Of a DNA stretch of 64,000 nucleotides, positions 53,115-62,364 are shown piece by piece; position 1 is the first letter of the stretch, and each line of letters starts with the position of its first letter. The DNA lies in the NCBI GenBank assembly GCA_019750295.1, contig JAIEOS010000012.1, positions 22,605 to 86,604 on the forward strand, in the 5' to 3' direction. The DNA is from Bdellovibrionales bacterium (GTDB taxonomy: Bacteria; Bdellovibrionota; Bdellovibrionia; Bdellovibrionales; JAGQZY01). Both the position numbers and the translations under genes were made by a program. The notes beneath the pieces were generated by a model, which worked only from the letters and a program-made list of their open reading frames with translations, did no database searches and was not told the origin of the DNA.

Positions 53115-54385
53115 TTTACTCTTAACAGCTCACCCCAGCGGGTCGTAAAAGCCTGCGAACGCATCTCGCTTCGCATTTTCCAAAACTGGTTTATGCCACA
53201 AGCCGCAGGCTTCAGCGTGCCTTTTCCCTCGCGAGCGTTCACTGCATCCATCGTCTCCATCAGGGTGTCGTCACGCAAAGAATCTGCGCTGCCAAAAAGA
53301 TCTAGCTGGGCATCTCGCTTCGGGGCAAGGTCATTTAAAATGACTCCACATTTTTTATACTCAAACCCTTCGCGAAATATGGCATCTAGTGCGAGAGACG
53401 ATTGGCGGATTAATTTTAGCGTCGAGGAAGAGCCAGACATAAGCTCCACCGTCGCAGAGTTATAATATTGGGGGACGTTTTTAAAAGGATTCGTATGCAC
53501 AAATACAGTAATCGACCTTGCGACGGATTTGTCTTTTCTGAGCTTCTCTGTCGCCGTATGCACGTGGTTGGCGATGGATTCTCGAATTTCTTCTTTTGCA
53601 CGAATCGGTTTACCAAATGAGCGACTCGAACAGATGGTTTTCTTTTCCTTTACAAGCTGTTCAAGATCGATGCAGGAGTTGCCCCTTAGCTCTTCGGTGA
53701 TTCTTCGCCCAACAATCGTGAGTTGTTTTTGTATCAGGTGTGCGTTGGCGTCGCGAAGATCTTTTGCCGTGTAGATCCGAAGATCGTTTAGTTTTTTCGT
53801 CGATTGGCGCCCAATACCCCAAACGTCCTGAACTAAAAACTTTGCAAGCTCTCGCTCTTGGATCGAGCGATCTAAAATCGAAAATACACCCTGAGATGTT
53901 GCTTTGTTTTTCTTAGAAATCCGATTGGCCACTTTGGCGAGCACCTTCGTAGGGCCGATTCCAATCGAAACAGGGATTCCTGTCTGTTTAAGAACGTCGG
54001 CTCGGATCGCTCTTACGTAGCTCAGAAGGTCGCGTGTTTTGAAGCCTGATAAATCCAAAAAGGCCTCATCGATCGAATAAACTTCCATATCAGGCGTATA
54101 TTCCTTGAGGATGTTCATCACACGGCGGCTCATGTCGCCGTACAAGGTGTAGTTGGAAGAGAACACGTGGACTTTGTGCCTCTTTACAAGGTCTTTGATC
54201 TGGAAATAAGGTGCGCCCATTTCGATACCAAGGGCTTTTGCTTCGTCTGTTCGCGCCACTGTACAGCCATCGTTGTTGGAAAGCACGATCACCGGTTTAC
54301 CTTCGAGATTGGGGTCAAACACCCTCTCGCACGAGCAATAAAACGAATTGCAATCCACGAGGGCAATGATTTTGTCCGTCTTCAA
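53111..54385 (-). CDS. umuC: Translesion DNA polymerase V catalytic subunit UmuC (Y-family)
   Basis: 424 aa with [27 protein letters not shown] and [10 protein letters not shown], which are typical Y-family motifs. Confidence 0.9.
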   Translation of the reverse strand: MKTDKIIALVDCNSFYCSCERVFDPNLEGKPVIVLSNNDGCTVARTDEAKALGIEMGAPYFQIKDLVKRHKVHVFSSNYTLYGDMSRRVMNILKEYTPDMEVYSIDEAFLDLSGFKTRDLLSYVRAIRADVLKQTGIPVSIGIGPTKVLAKVANRISKKNKATSQGVFSILDRSIQERELAKFLVQDVWGIGRQSTKKLNDLRIYTAKDLRDANAHLIQKQLTIVGRRITEELRGNSCIDLEQLVKEKKTICSSRSFGKPIRAKEEIRESIANHVHTATEKLRKDKSVARSITVFVHTNPFKNVPQYYNSATVELMSGSSSTLKLIRQSSLALDAIFREGFEYKKCGVILNDLAPKRDAQLDLFGSADSLRDDTLMETMDAVNAREGKGTLKPAACGINQFWKMRSEMRSQAFTTRWGELLRVK

Positions 54386-54810
54386 TCAAACCTCATGCGG
54401 ATGGAGTGCTTCAAAACACCCCAGATCTTAAAATCCATCTCTTCGGTCACTTCGATCGGTTTGTATTTTGGGTTCTCAGCCTTCAAAAAGACCTTCCCGC
54501 CGTTTTTAATGAGACGCTTGAGGGTGAACTCGCCGTTGAGATGCGCGAGCACTATGGAGTTGTGGTGAGCCTCTAAGGACCTATCGATGATGATCAGGTC
54601 TTTTTCGTAAATACCTGCGCCAACCATGGAGTCACCTTTAACCCACGCCATAAAAGTGGCCGACGGCTTAGAGATCAGAAAGGCATTGAGGTCGAGTGGC
54701 TTGTCAATGTAGTCATCCGCAGGCGATGGGAAGCCCGCGCTGACGGGGTTGCCCATAAGAAGAACCACGTTACTTTCGATTTTTTTGGATTTGATCAGTT
54801 GCAAGCTCAT
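54382..54810 (-). CDS. umuD: UmuD-like S24 peptidase (LexA-family self-cleaving)
   Basis: 142 aa with [12 protein letters not shown] (cleavage region), VKGDSM (Ser nucleophile) and FTLKRL (Lys). Its stop overlaps the umuC start. Confidence 0.85.
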   Translation of the reverse strand: MSLQLIKSKKIESNVVLLMGNPVSAGFPSPADDYIDKPLDLNAFLISKPSATFMAWVKGDSMVGAGIYEKDLIIIDRSLEAHHNSIVLAHLNGEFTLKRLIKNGGKVFLKAENPKYKPIEVTEEMDFKIWGVLKHSIRMRFD

Positions 54811-54943
54811 ACTGTGACAATAACACTCTCCGTTGGGGCTGTCAGTTGGAGGCTAAAGCTTTTTCAGATTTAAATCAGTCAGGTTTAAATTGTTGCAACG
54901 CTTCAGATCTAGTTATTTAGTGAGGTAATCAAGATAAGTGTTG

Positions 54944-55537
54944 TCAATGATAAAATTCATGCAGTGAAATTAGCCAAATGTTACTGCCTTGAGAGGATAA
55001 TTTGACACTTTTAATGGCGTATAGGCCACCTTCTGTTTCGAGTTGCTTGTAGCTCGAAGCTAACCCTTCATTAATCATAAAAAAACCACTATTTGTAGAT
55101 TCTGATACTGCTCGTAGTCCACCTTCAACTATCCCGCCGTGAAGCAAACATTCAACATCAACTTCCGCTAGCCAAACATAAGCATCATTCGCCTCGAGAA
55201 AGGTAGTTTGCGCTCCATCATCATCGTATTCGGCTGGTTTTGTATGCAGAGTTCCGTGCGTTTTAAATTGATCTCCTGAAATCGGATACAAAAATAATCT
55301 ATGGAAGACGATCATATCTTCACGTGGAGTATTGGTGTCGGCGTTATAATTATGAACAGCTTGCAAAATTATTTTTTGAAAATTTATTTTCTCGGCGTCT
55401 GTTATTGCAGAATCTATGATCTCAACAAGAAACCCACCAGCAGCAACACGAATTTTGATAGCAGCATTCGGCAAAATCGATTTAATAATTTGAGAAAGCT
55501 TAGGTGAGATTTTCAAAGATAGACTTTTATCATTCAT
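54944..55537 (-). CDS. Hypothetical protein (third gene of the ABC-ATPase cassette)
   Basis: 197-aa ORF that is very AT-rich. Its start overlaps the stop of the 188-aa ORF (ATGA 55534-55537). No motif recognised. Confidence 0.5.
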   Translation of the reverse strand: MNDKSLSLKISPKLSQIIKSILPNAAIKIRVAAGGFLVEIIDSAITDAEKINFQKIILQAVHNYNADTNTPREDMIVFHRLFLYPISGDQFKTHGTLHTKPAEYDDDGAQTTFLEANDAYVWLAEVDVECLLHGGIVEGGLRAVSESTNSGFFMINEGLASSYKQLETEGGLYAIKSVKLSSQGSNIWLISLHEFYH

Positions 55538-56100
55538 ATTAAACCACCAAAAAATTTTTTTTGAACATCCGTAAATAATTGAATCATAGTACTTAGCTCA
55601 CTTCCAAAATTTCTTTTAATTTGCTGACTCGGATCTCTATACCTATCCTCAATCCAATTTCCTTTTTTTGGCAAATTTTGACGAAAAAGATCGAACTCTA
55701 AATCATTTACCAAATCAAGCACATCATACTGTAGTGTTTTTGATAGATCGTAAATACCGTGTCCGAACCTATGCTTTGGATTAAGATTTTTGGCTGTGCT
55801 TAATGGATAATTATCAACTAGCCATGATATGTGGGTACCGGGCTGCTTGTGATTGTGGCTTACAAATTTAAAATACCTAGATATACAGTATATATCTTTT
55901 AAGAAACATTCGATACTTATAAGTAGCGCATAGTAAGCATCTCTTTCGTAACCATGAATTTGCTGTAATACTTTTACTAAATTTAAATGACTGCGGTAGG
56001 CGGGGAAATACCCCTCTTCGCCAGAAAAATAAATACCTGTTTGCGGTAGACTTTGTCTTAACGTATTTTTTAAATCTACAAAACCAGAACTATTGATCAT
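55534..56100 (-). CDS. HEPN-like domain protein (PF05168-type pattern)
   Basis: 188 aa. ALLISIECFLKDIY (E-x-x-L-K helix), GHGIYDLSKTL (H-x-L-x-x-L) and WIEDRYRDPS (R-Y-P-like) occur in the order typical of classical HEPN domains. This was read by eye only. Confidence 0.4.
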   Translation of the reverse strand: MINSSGFVDLKNTLRQSLPQTGIYFSGEEGYFPAYRSHLNLVKVLQQIHGYERDAYYALLISIECFLKDIYCISRYFKFVSHNHKQPGTHISWLVDNYPLSTAKNLNPKHRFGHGIYDLSKTLQYDVLDLVNDLEFDLFRQNLPKKGNWIEDRYRDPSQQIKRNFGSELSTMIQLFTDVQKKFFGGLI

Positions 56101-56228
56101 TTATTTCCTCAAGCTAAAGATTATCAATGATTCAGCCCTCATCTAGTGTCTATGCGTTAAATCTGTTGGGTAACATCTTTCGATGAGAGCGGCATACCAA
56201 AATATAATTTATCCAAATTGGAATTTCT

Positions 56229-58925
56229 CTATTTTTGTTCACTGCTTACTATAGTCAAATGTGAGGCTTTAGGATGTTCGTCTTTATTTTCTTTAGCCTT
56301 GAGTTTTGTTAACTCACGTCGAGATTTAATTTCTTTGATCCATTTATCAAGCGAATCTAAGTGCGATTGCGCATCGTCGGGACTAGGATATGGCTCGTTT
56401 ATTTCGCTTGGCTCGTCGTGACCATCACGCCATTTTGAGCACGTTCCCATCCCCAGCAGCACAGCGTCGTAGTCTGATGGCACAACATCGACAAGCTTTA
56501 GGCGCTGAGTTTGGATGGGGCGCTCAACTCGATTAATGACATCATTCAGTAAAACCCCCTCGATGGCCCGTTCCCATGCCTCTTGTAAACGGCCATAAAA
56601 AGCTGCGACTTGAACCCCGTACTCATAATCGGTAGCACTTTTATGTATAGAATTTATTTTTTGTATGTCGTTTCTTAACGCTTTAATTCTTTGTTCTGCC
56701 GTCATGCCTCCCCACGGAAGGCCTTCAACGCAAAATCCGGGCACACTACCTTTACGCAAAATATGAACATCGGCGCGAGCCATTCGCCCCTGACGGGAAT
56801 ACACTTCGTTTAGGAGCATTACAAAGGCAATGTCATGAGTGAAAATTACAACTTGCCGATCTACTGCCTCTTTCATCAATCTTTCGGCGACTTTACGCCG
56901 TCTAGTGTGATCCAAAGAAGAAACAGGGTCGTCAAAAATCAATGCAGAACGGGAGGGCTCGGTAGCAAGCTCTGATAAGAAACACGCAAGTGCGATAGAC
57001 CGATGCTCGCCCTCGCTTGCAATATCATCAACACTAAATGGAGAAGTTCCAGAGGATTCTAAACCAATCTTGTAGCGTAGTGATCCTTTTGCTCCACCCA
57101 CAGGATCAAAGCTAATCGGCAAAGTAGTCATACCAAGCGCTTTAAGCTCAGCAGAGAACCGGTCACGAAGTACCCCAGTAATAACTGTTTTACTGAGTTC
57201 TGTATTTTTTGCGGTGATGCCGGTTGTGTTTGTATCTTTCAACGCAGCTTCAAAAAGCTTTCGACGTTTAAGACGATGAACTTCAGCAATAATTTCGTCC
57301 TTGTGTTTCAAAACAAGCTGCCGCGCCTGTAATTCGGCGAGTTGTTTTTTGCGTTTAGCAACCTCGTCAGCGATATCAAGATTGTCGAGCTCAGTAGCTT
57401 TTTTATTTAAATCTAAAGAAAGTGTCTTCAATTCCTCTACACCTGATTTCGGGAGAACATTCTCTGTTTTCTCCCAGTCGTTTTTATCAAGGCAATGAAG
57501 CACACTGTCTTTTCTAATACGAACGCAATCTAAAAAATACGAGACAAGTGATTTCGCCTCAGCACTAATTTCTCCTAGTTCGGCCATCAGAATCGAGTCC
57601 GTAGGAAAGGTGACAGCGAGAGATTCTAACTCGGTTTTAGCTTGGGCCAATACTTGCTCTGCCGCTTTAGCCGATGTCTGCGTGGCTTGTTTTACAAATT
57701 CATCAAAACTACGAAGCCTTTCGCAAGCCTCATCTGAAAGCTCTTGATGGCACAAAACGCAAAGGGCTTCGCCGTGAGTGACAGGGAAGCTCTCGGATGG
57801 ATATGCCTGACTTACTGAATATGCTCGAGCTGCGGCCCATAAAAGCTTCCAAGGATCGGACCCGACACCATCGAGAGGATCGTCTTTAAAGGTGTTACTC
57901 GATGCGATGGATGCAGCCTTTTGCTTTGAAGTTGCATCGACTTGTTTTTCTCGCAAACGCGATACGGCAAAGTCATTCAGTGCAATTTCAGTTTTTTCTA
58001 TTCGCCCAGCAAGTTCTGTAAATTTTGTTGCCTTTAAACGATACTCTTTAGCGAGCTTCTTCGGATCAGAAACTTCCAATTGCATCAACTGTTTTTGAAG
58101 CTCTGGTGTATTATAGGCCTCGATGGCGGCATCCTTCGCGACTTTTTCAATTCCATCGATATTAGTCTCTGAATTAAGTCCGGCAACTGCCTTACCAGCG
58201 CTCGTATCTTGGTTGAAACCCACAAAATTCTGTTTTTTAGAATCGAGTTTTTTAATTTCGTTTTGAACAGCATTGGCTACTAGTTCACTGGCTTGAGCGA
58301 GTTTTGCGAAAACATCAAGACCGGCAGGAGTGAATGCAACATCTGTGTTCTCGGTGACATAGGTTGAAGCGCACAATGAATCGAAAACACTCACAGCCGA
58401 TAGAGCCGCAGGACCAGACACTCCTTCACTCCATTTTACCATTTCGGATTTATTACCAATCTGAAAATGAATCGTTGCAGAGGCAGGAGGCTGCGAGCCT
58501 TGCGCCAATGCATTCGGCGTTACAGGAGAACCTGCGCCCCGTGCACGACATACACGCTTTAAGACCCGAGCATAGCCAGACTTCCCTGCGGCATTATCAC
58601 CGTAAATGACCGTGATACCCGTTGGCGACAGGAGCAGTTTTTGATTTTGCGCAAGACCATTGATTCCACATGTGTCTTCGATAGATTTTATCGCAACTGC
58701 CCCATTGGTAGCAGCCGATTGTGTGACATGTGCCGCCGTCAATGGCATTGCATCTATTTTTGGCTTGTCAGGGGTTTCTATCCCTTGCTCTTGAAGGCAA
58801 ATTTGAATGAGTTCAGCAATGTCGAGCTGAGACAACTTTTCCTGTGTTATGATTCGTCGTAAACAGTCGCGCTGCCATATTGGCCGCTTCTCCGACCATT
58901 CAAGAATAGACATATAAATACTCAC
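56229..58925 (-). CDS. AAA_13-family (RloC/PrrC-like) coiled-coil ABC ATPase with CxxC zinc hook
   Basis: 898 aa with Walker A GDNAAGKS (res 109-116), signature-like ASEGEHRSIAL, Walker B/D-loop ALIFDDPVSSLD and H-loop FTHD. The two lobes are separated by about 450 aa of coiled-coil-like sequence with CVLC (res 389-392, 57750-57761) near its middle. A further ~190-aa C-terminal domain follows. Confidence 0.75.
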   Translation of the reverse strand: MSIYMSILEWSEKRPIWQRDCLRRIITQEKLSQLDIAELIQICLQEQGIETPDKPKIDAMPLTAAHVTQSAATNGAVAIKSIEDTCGINGLAQNQKLLLSPTGITVIYGDNAAGKSGYARVLKRVCRARGAGSPVTPNALAQGSQPPASATIHFQIGNKSEMVKWSEGVSGPAALSAVSVFDSLCASTYVTENTDVAFTPAGLDVFAKLAQASELVANAVQNEIKKLDSKKQNFVGFNQDTSAGKAVAGLNSETNIDGIEKVAKDAAIEAYNTPELQKQLMQLEVSDPKKLAKEYRLKATKFTELAGRIEKTEIALNDFAVSRLREKQVDATSKQKAASIASSNTFKDDPLDGVGSDPWKLLWAAARAYSVSQAYPSESFPVTHGEALCVLCHQELSDEACERLRSFDEFVKQATQTSAKAAEQVLAQAKTELESLAVTFPTDSILMAELGEISAEAKSLVSYFLDCVRIRKDSVLHCLDKNDWEKTENVLPKSGVEELKTLSLDLNKKATELDNLDIADEVAKRKKQLAELQARQLVLKHKDEIIAEVHRLKRRKLFEAALKDTNTTGITAKNTELSKTVITGVLRDRFSAELKALGMTTLPISFDPVGGAKGSLRYKIGLESSGTSPFSVDDIASEGEHRSIALACFLSELATEPSRSALIFDDPVSSLDHTRRRKVAERLMKEAVDRQVVIFTHDIAFVMLLNEVYSRQGRMARADVHILRKGSVPGFCVEGLPWGGMTAEQRIKALRNDIQKINSIHKSATDYEYGVQVAAFYGRLQEAWERAIEGVLLNDVINRVERPIQTQRLKLVDVVPSDYDAVLLGMGTCSKWRDGHDEPSEINEPYPSPDDAQSHLDSLDKWIKEIKSRRELTKLKAKENKDEHPKASHLTIVSSEQK

Positions 58926-59054
58926 TCAAAGCCCCCCTAAATTGTCCTGAGTCCCGCGCCAGAACAGCGTAAGAGGGTATCGCCAACACTTTTATAGTCA
59001 AGTTTTTGGAGGTCGATGAGTTGCGTAAAAATAGGACAACTGTGATATTTTGCT

Positions 59055-59087
59055 AGAGGGAGTGCTATCTCTTTAAGCACCCCCTCT
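59055..59087 (-). terminator. Hairpin after the 810-aa gene (candidate terminator, no clear U tract)
   Basis: AGAGGGAGTGCT (59055-59066) and AGCACCCCCTCT (59076-59087) form a 12-bp stem with one mismatch. It lies 11 nt downstream of the stop at 59098. Confidence 0.35.
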
Positions 59088-59097
59088 TATCCTCGCA

Positions 59098-61530
59098 TTA
59101 TTTGAGTAGCCGCAGCTTAACTACGCGGTTGGCGGTGTCTACCGCAGGGCCAGTTGGCCGAAGATGCTGATCGATCCCGTCGAGCTTTTCATGCGTTGTC
59201 CGATGGTGCGTCACATTTTCTTCACGAAGCTTGATAACTTCTTCTCGGGTCTTTTCGTGGTTGATCTGTTCATTGGTTCGACATTCAAGATCTTTTATAC
59301 GACGTAACAAGGGCAAGTTTCTCTCGCATGTCTTTAGATAATTAACGTAGATCGCCGTCGTATCCGAGCCACTATCCGTGTTCAGCTTGTGACCCAACAA
59401 TACTGATTGTAATTCTTTTCGCTCGACACCATGGTAATTGACCTCAACGTAAGTGCCCCACATGTTGCGTAACAAATGCGCTGTGAAGTTACTAACTTTC
59501 TCTTCGAGATTTAACACCGCATCTAAGTCTGCGTTGATACCAAAAAGATCGATCATAACTCCTGATAGGTGATGAGCTATGGTTTGAGTCCCAAATGGCA
59601 ACAGGGGGTCACCATGTTTTATGCCTCGTCGATGCTTGTAAAACATGATGATGTCTTCACAGACCGTTGGCAGAACGCCTAAGTAAGTGAGATCATTTTT
59701 TCGATTCCCATTAATAAAAAACGTAAGCATCGTGTCCTCGGTCAAAGGAAGATGCTGTTTCAAAGGTTTGAGTTGCTCTGGGAGCCACCACAAACCACCG
59801 GCTACTTTCTTCGGAAAAATACAATTCGGACTGTATAAATTTAAGTCCGTTGGTTCTCGATCCAACCAAATGAACTCCGCAAGCTCACTGTAAATCCTGA
59901 AACCACCTCCACAGAGAAGAGCTACACTTGCAAGATAATCAAGCTCGCGTTCCTCATCGCTATTGAACTGTTCATTCCTAAGAGTTAAAAGCCCACCGAC
60001 GCGAAACTTTCCATCTACGCGCTTCTTGGCCCCTTTCTTTTTGTTAGCGCATACTTCACCGTAAGCCTGTTCGCATAGATATTGGGTCAAATGTTCGATG
60101 TGACTTGATTTAACCAAATGAGATTTTTTTCCGATTTTGGAGCTTGAACCATTGTAAAACGTAGAGACAGCATAATAGTCGTTTTTAAGTTTACTAAAAA
60201 ATACTGGCCAACTGCACGGACCATTCGCAAAAGCCACTGAGTATTCCGCAATATTAAATTTTGACAATGGACCGTCGGAGGTGTTGTCGTTAAGCGATTT
60301 AAACTTGTTCTTGAAAACTTCCCACGTTTCCTTCTCGCAAAAGGTTAACCTTTCGTCGCCTGCGCCAGTCATTGTTAAACAGTCGCCAAGGGCCTTTATA
60401 CTTTTTAAATAGCTTGACCCTTTTTTAACTTGGGAGGCCCTAACGAGAACGGTGATGAAGTCAGAGGGGAATAAGTACCTAAAGTCAAAATCACGTTCTG
60501 AAGAACCAAGAGCAGCAATGATTACTCTAAATAGACCGAGTGGACTATTCAGCGATTTTTCTTCGTACCCCAACTGCTCCATCAATGGCTTTTCTATTCT
60601 TACCTTGAAGTAAGCTCGCTGAGATTCGGTTAATATTGCTATAGGCTGCTCTTGAAGATCCTCAAAAAGTGCAGGCAACTCCAAATTGTATTCTTTAGCT
60701 AACCATCGAAAAAAGGGTTTGGAACAACTAAATTCGGTTCGATTAAATCGAGCGCCAATCACAGAAACGATTTTTTTAAAAAGGCCCTCGCTCAAAACAT
60801 CATCAATATTATTGATTCCGGCACAAAACATCGCTTTCCGTGCAGAACTGATAACACTTCTGCCATGTTCGGTGCCGTAAGCGTCGCCGAACTTTTTAAA
60901 CAGTGCCTCAATCTCAATAGACTGGAGGGAATACTTTGCCCTTCGAGACCGAGTAGGATTGGATGAAGTTTCAAAAATAAAACTACTCAGTCGTCCTATC
61001 TTTGACAATGTCGCCGCGTTGATCGGCTCCTCATGTTTTGTTCGACGAAATTCTTCAATAATCTTGGGCTCCATGAAGCGCAGCCTCATCGACCAAGGGT
61101 CTTGAAGATGGTTGAGGCCGGTCTTCGGATCGCCTCCGTGGTTTTTCTTGAGCCATGGAATATATGTCGTACGCAGAGCACTAAAAGTTTGGTCGCGGGT
61201 GCTGTCGGCGAAGCAAGTATCAATAGCTTTTTTTAAATCGCCAAGGGTCAGGGAGTTGTACTCAGCATCTGACTTCACCTTCGGCACAAGCGAATTGCGG
61301 AGTTCACAGATCCGATAATTGATCGCGGCCAACACGTCCTTAACCGGCTCGTTGTCTGGAATTTCAAAACTGTGGCTTTCAAGAAAACTCTCCAGTTGTT
61401 CCGGCTTGAGACGACCGGTAAGGCCAAATTTCTCATTTTGAATCGAATGCCAGATTTGCTGGAACCAATCACCCTTGAATCTGCGGGTATTTTTCATCTC
61501 TTTTATTTCATTTCCCTTGTCATTACACAT
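59098..61530 (-). CDS. Large protein with C-terminal tyrosine-recombinase catalytic domain
   Basis: 810 aa with GGGFRIYSELAEFIW (R545), AHLLRNMWGTY (H685-x-x-R688), LLGHK (H714) and AIYVNY (Y728/Y731). These fit the R...HxxR...H...Y order and spacing. The N-terminal ~520 aa has no recognisable domain. Confidence 0.6.
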   Translation of the reverse strand: MCNDKGNEIKEMKNTRRFKGDWFQQIWHSIQNEKFGLTGRLKPEQLESFLESHSFEIPDNEPVKDVLAAINYRICELRNSLVPKVKSDAEYNSLTLGDLKKAIDTCFADSTRDQTFSALRTTYIPWLKKNHGGDPKTGLNHLQDPWSMRLRFMEPKIIEEFRRTKHEEPINAATLSKIGRLSSFIFETSSNPTRSRRAKYSLQSIEIEALFKKFGDAYGTEHGRSVISSARKAMFCAGINNIDDVLSEGLFKKIVSVIGARFNRTEFSCSKPFFRWLAKEYNLELPALFEDLQEQPIAILTESQRAYFKVRIEKPLMEQLGYEEKSLNSPLGLFRVIIAALGSSERDFDFRYLFPSDFITVLVRASQVKKGSSYLKSIKALGDCLTMTGAGDERLTFCEKETWEVFKNKFKSLNDNTSDGPLSKFNIAEYSVAFANGPCSWPVFFSKLKNDYYAVSTFYNGSSSKIGKKSHLVKSSHIEHLTQYLCEQAYGEVCANKKKGAKKRVDGKFRVGGLLTLRNEQFNSDEERELDYLASVALLCGGGFRIYSELAEFIWLDREPTDLNLYSPNCIFPKKVAGGLWWLPEQLKPLKQHLPLTEDTMLTFFINGNRKNDLTYLGVLPTVCEDIIMFYKHRRGIKHGDPLLPFGTQTIAHHLSGVMIDLFGINADLDAVLNLEEKVSNFTAHLLRNMWGTYVEVNYHGVERKELQSVLLGHKLNTDSGSDTTAIYVNYLKTCERNLPLLRRIKDLECRTNEQINHEKTREEVIKLREENVTHHRTTHEKLDGIDQHLRPTGPAVDTANRVVKLRLLK

Positions 61531-61798
61531 ATTTATTCTCCCTATTTATATTATAATTGATTTGACGCATTATTTCCACAAATCTTAGAAGTTTTGGGCG
61601 ACGAAATTTTGGAAATTTAACTTGAAATTTATCTCTAAAAGATTGATTTTGCTCAACTTTGCTAATCTCTGCTTGGCTTTGCTCGGAGATATCATCCCAT
61701 AATTTTGAAATCTTAAAAGATCAATGAAATTAGTAGCTTGCAGAGAGCCTCCTAACAGAGCAAATCCGAACACTTCTATATTAGAAAGCACTGCCTGT

Positions 61799-62119
61799 CT
61801 AAAAATTGGACACCGCCGTCGCAGCCTTTTGAGACGCTTTCTTCTCCTGTTTGCGTTGTCGCTTAATCGAACCTAGCTCTTCTAGGCGCTGCATGAGTTG
61901 GCCAAGTTGAAGGAACGTAAGATGACCCACCAGCGGCGGTACTGGCCCACCAAACTCCTCTATAACCTCGTCAAGACGTCTGCGAAACGTGTAGATGCTT
62001 TGTCGAAAGTTAATCCGCTCCATACACTCTTCAAAACTCAACAGCTTATGTCCGTACTCACCAAAAACTGAAAAGCTTTGCTCTTCTTTTAACTTTTCTT
62101 CTCGATCTCGTTTCTCCAT
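61799..62119 (-). CDS. Small charged hypothetical protein
   Basis: Track ORF is 61799-62179; the likely start is ATG 62119 (MEKRDREEKLKEE). The C-terminus is Lys/Gln-rich. It sits upstream of the 810-aa gene on the same strand. Confidence 0.4.
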   Translation of the reverse strand: MEKRDREEKLKEEQSFSVFGEYGHKLLSFEECMERINFRQSIYTFRRRLDEVIEEFGGPVPPLVGHLTFLQLGQLMQRLEELGSIKRQRKQEKKASQKAATAVSNF

Positions 62120-62364
62120 GGTTAGCCCCCTTTGTTTTAATAATAAGCACCTTCGTGCATCTGGGGGAGGGTTTACCAATTCGCAGAACCAACTCTTGGC
62201 TTAGTTGGATTTTTTTTCAAAAATGAGGGATTTTTTTATCGTGAAGCTTTGGTGCCCAGTAAGCGAGCAGTATTGGGCATAACTTTGTTGAGGCCCGAGA
62301 GAATGTCGATTCTTTGTTGAATCGCGGGTGTTTGCATTTGCTCGGGCTCGACTTGACCTAAAAG

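Noticed and set aside
54811-54827. Possible SOS (LexA) box ACTGTGACAATAACACT abutting the umuD start codon
   Set aside because: Only the CTGT half matches the E. coli-type CTGT-N8-ACAG; the other half is CACT. It does not match the TTAC-N3-GTAA-type box I recall for Bdellovibrio either. This is too weak to call.
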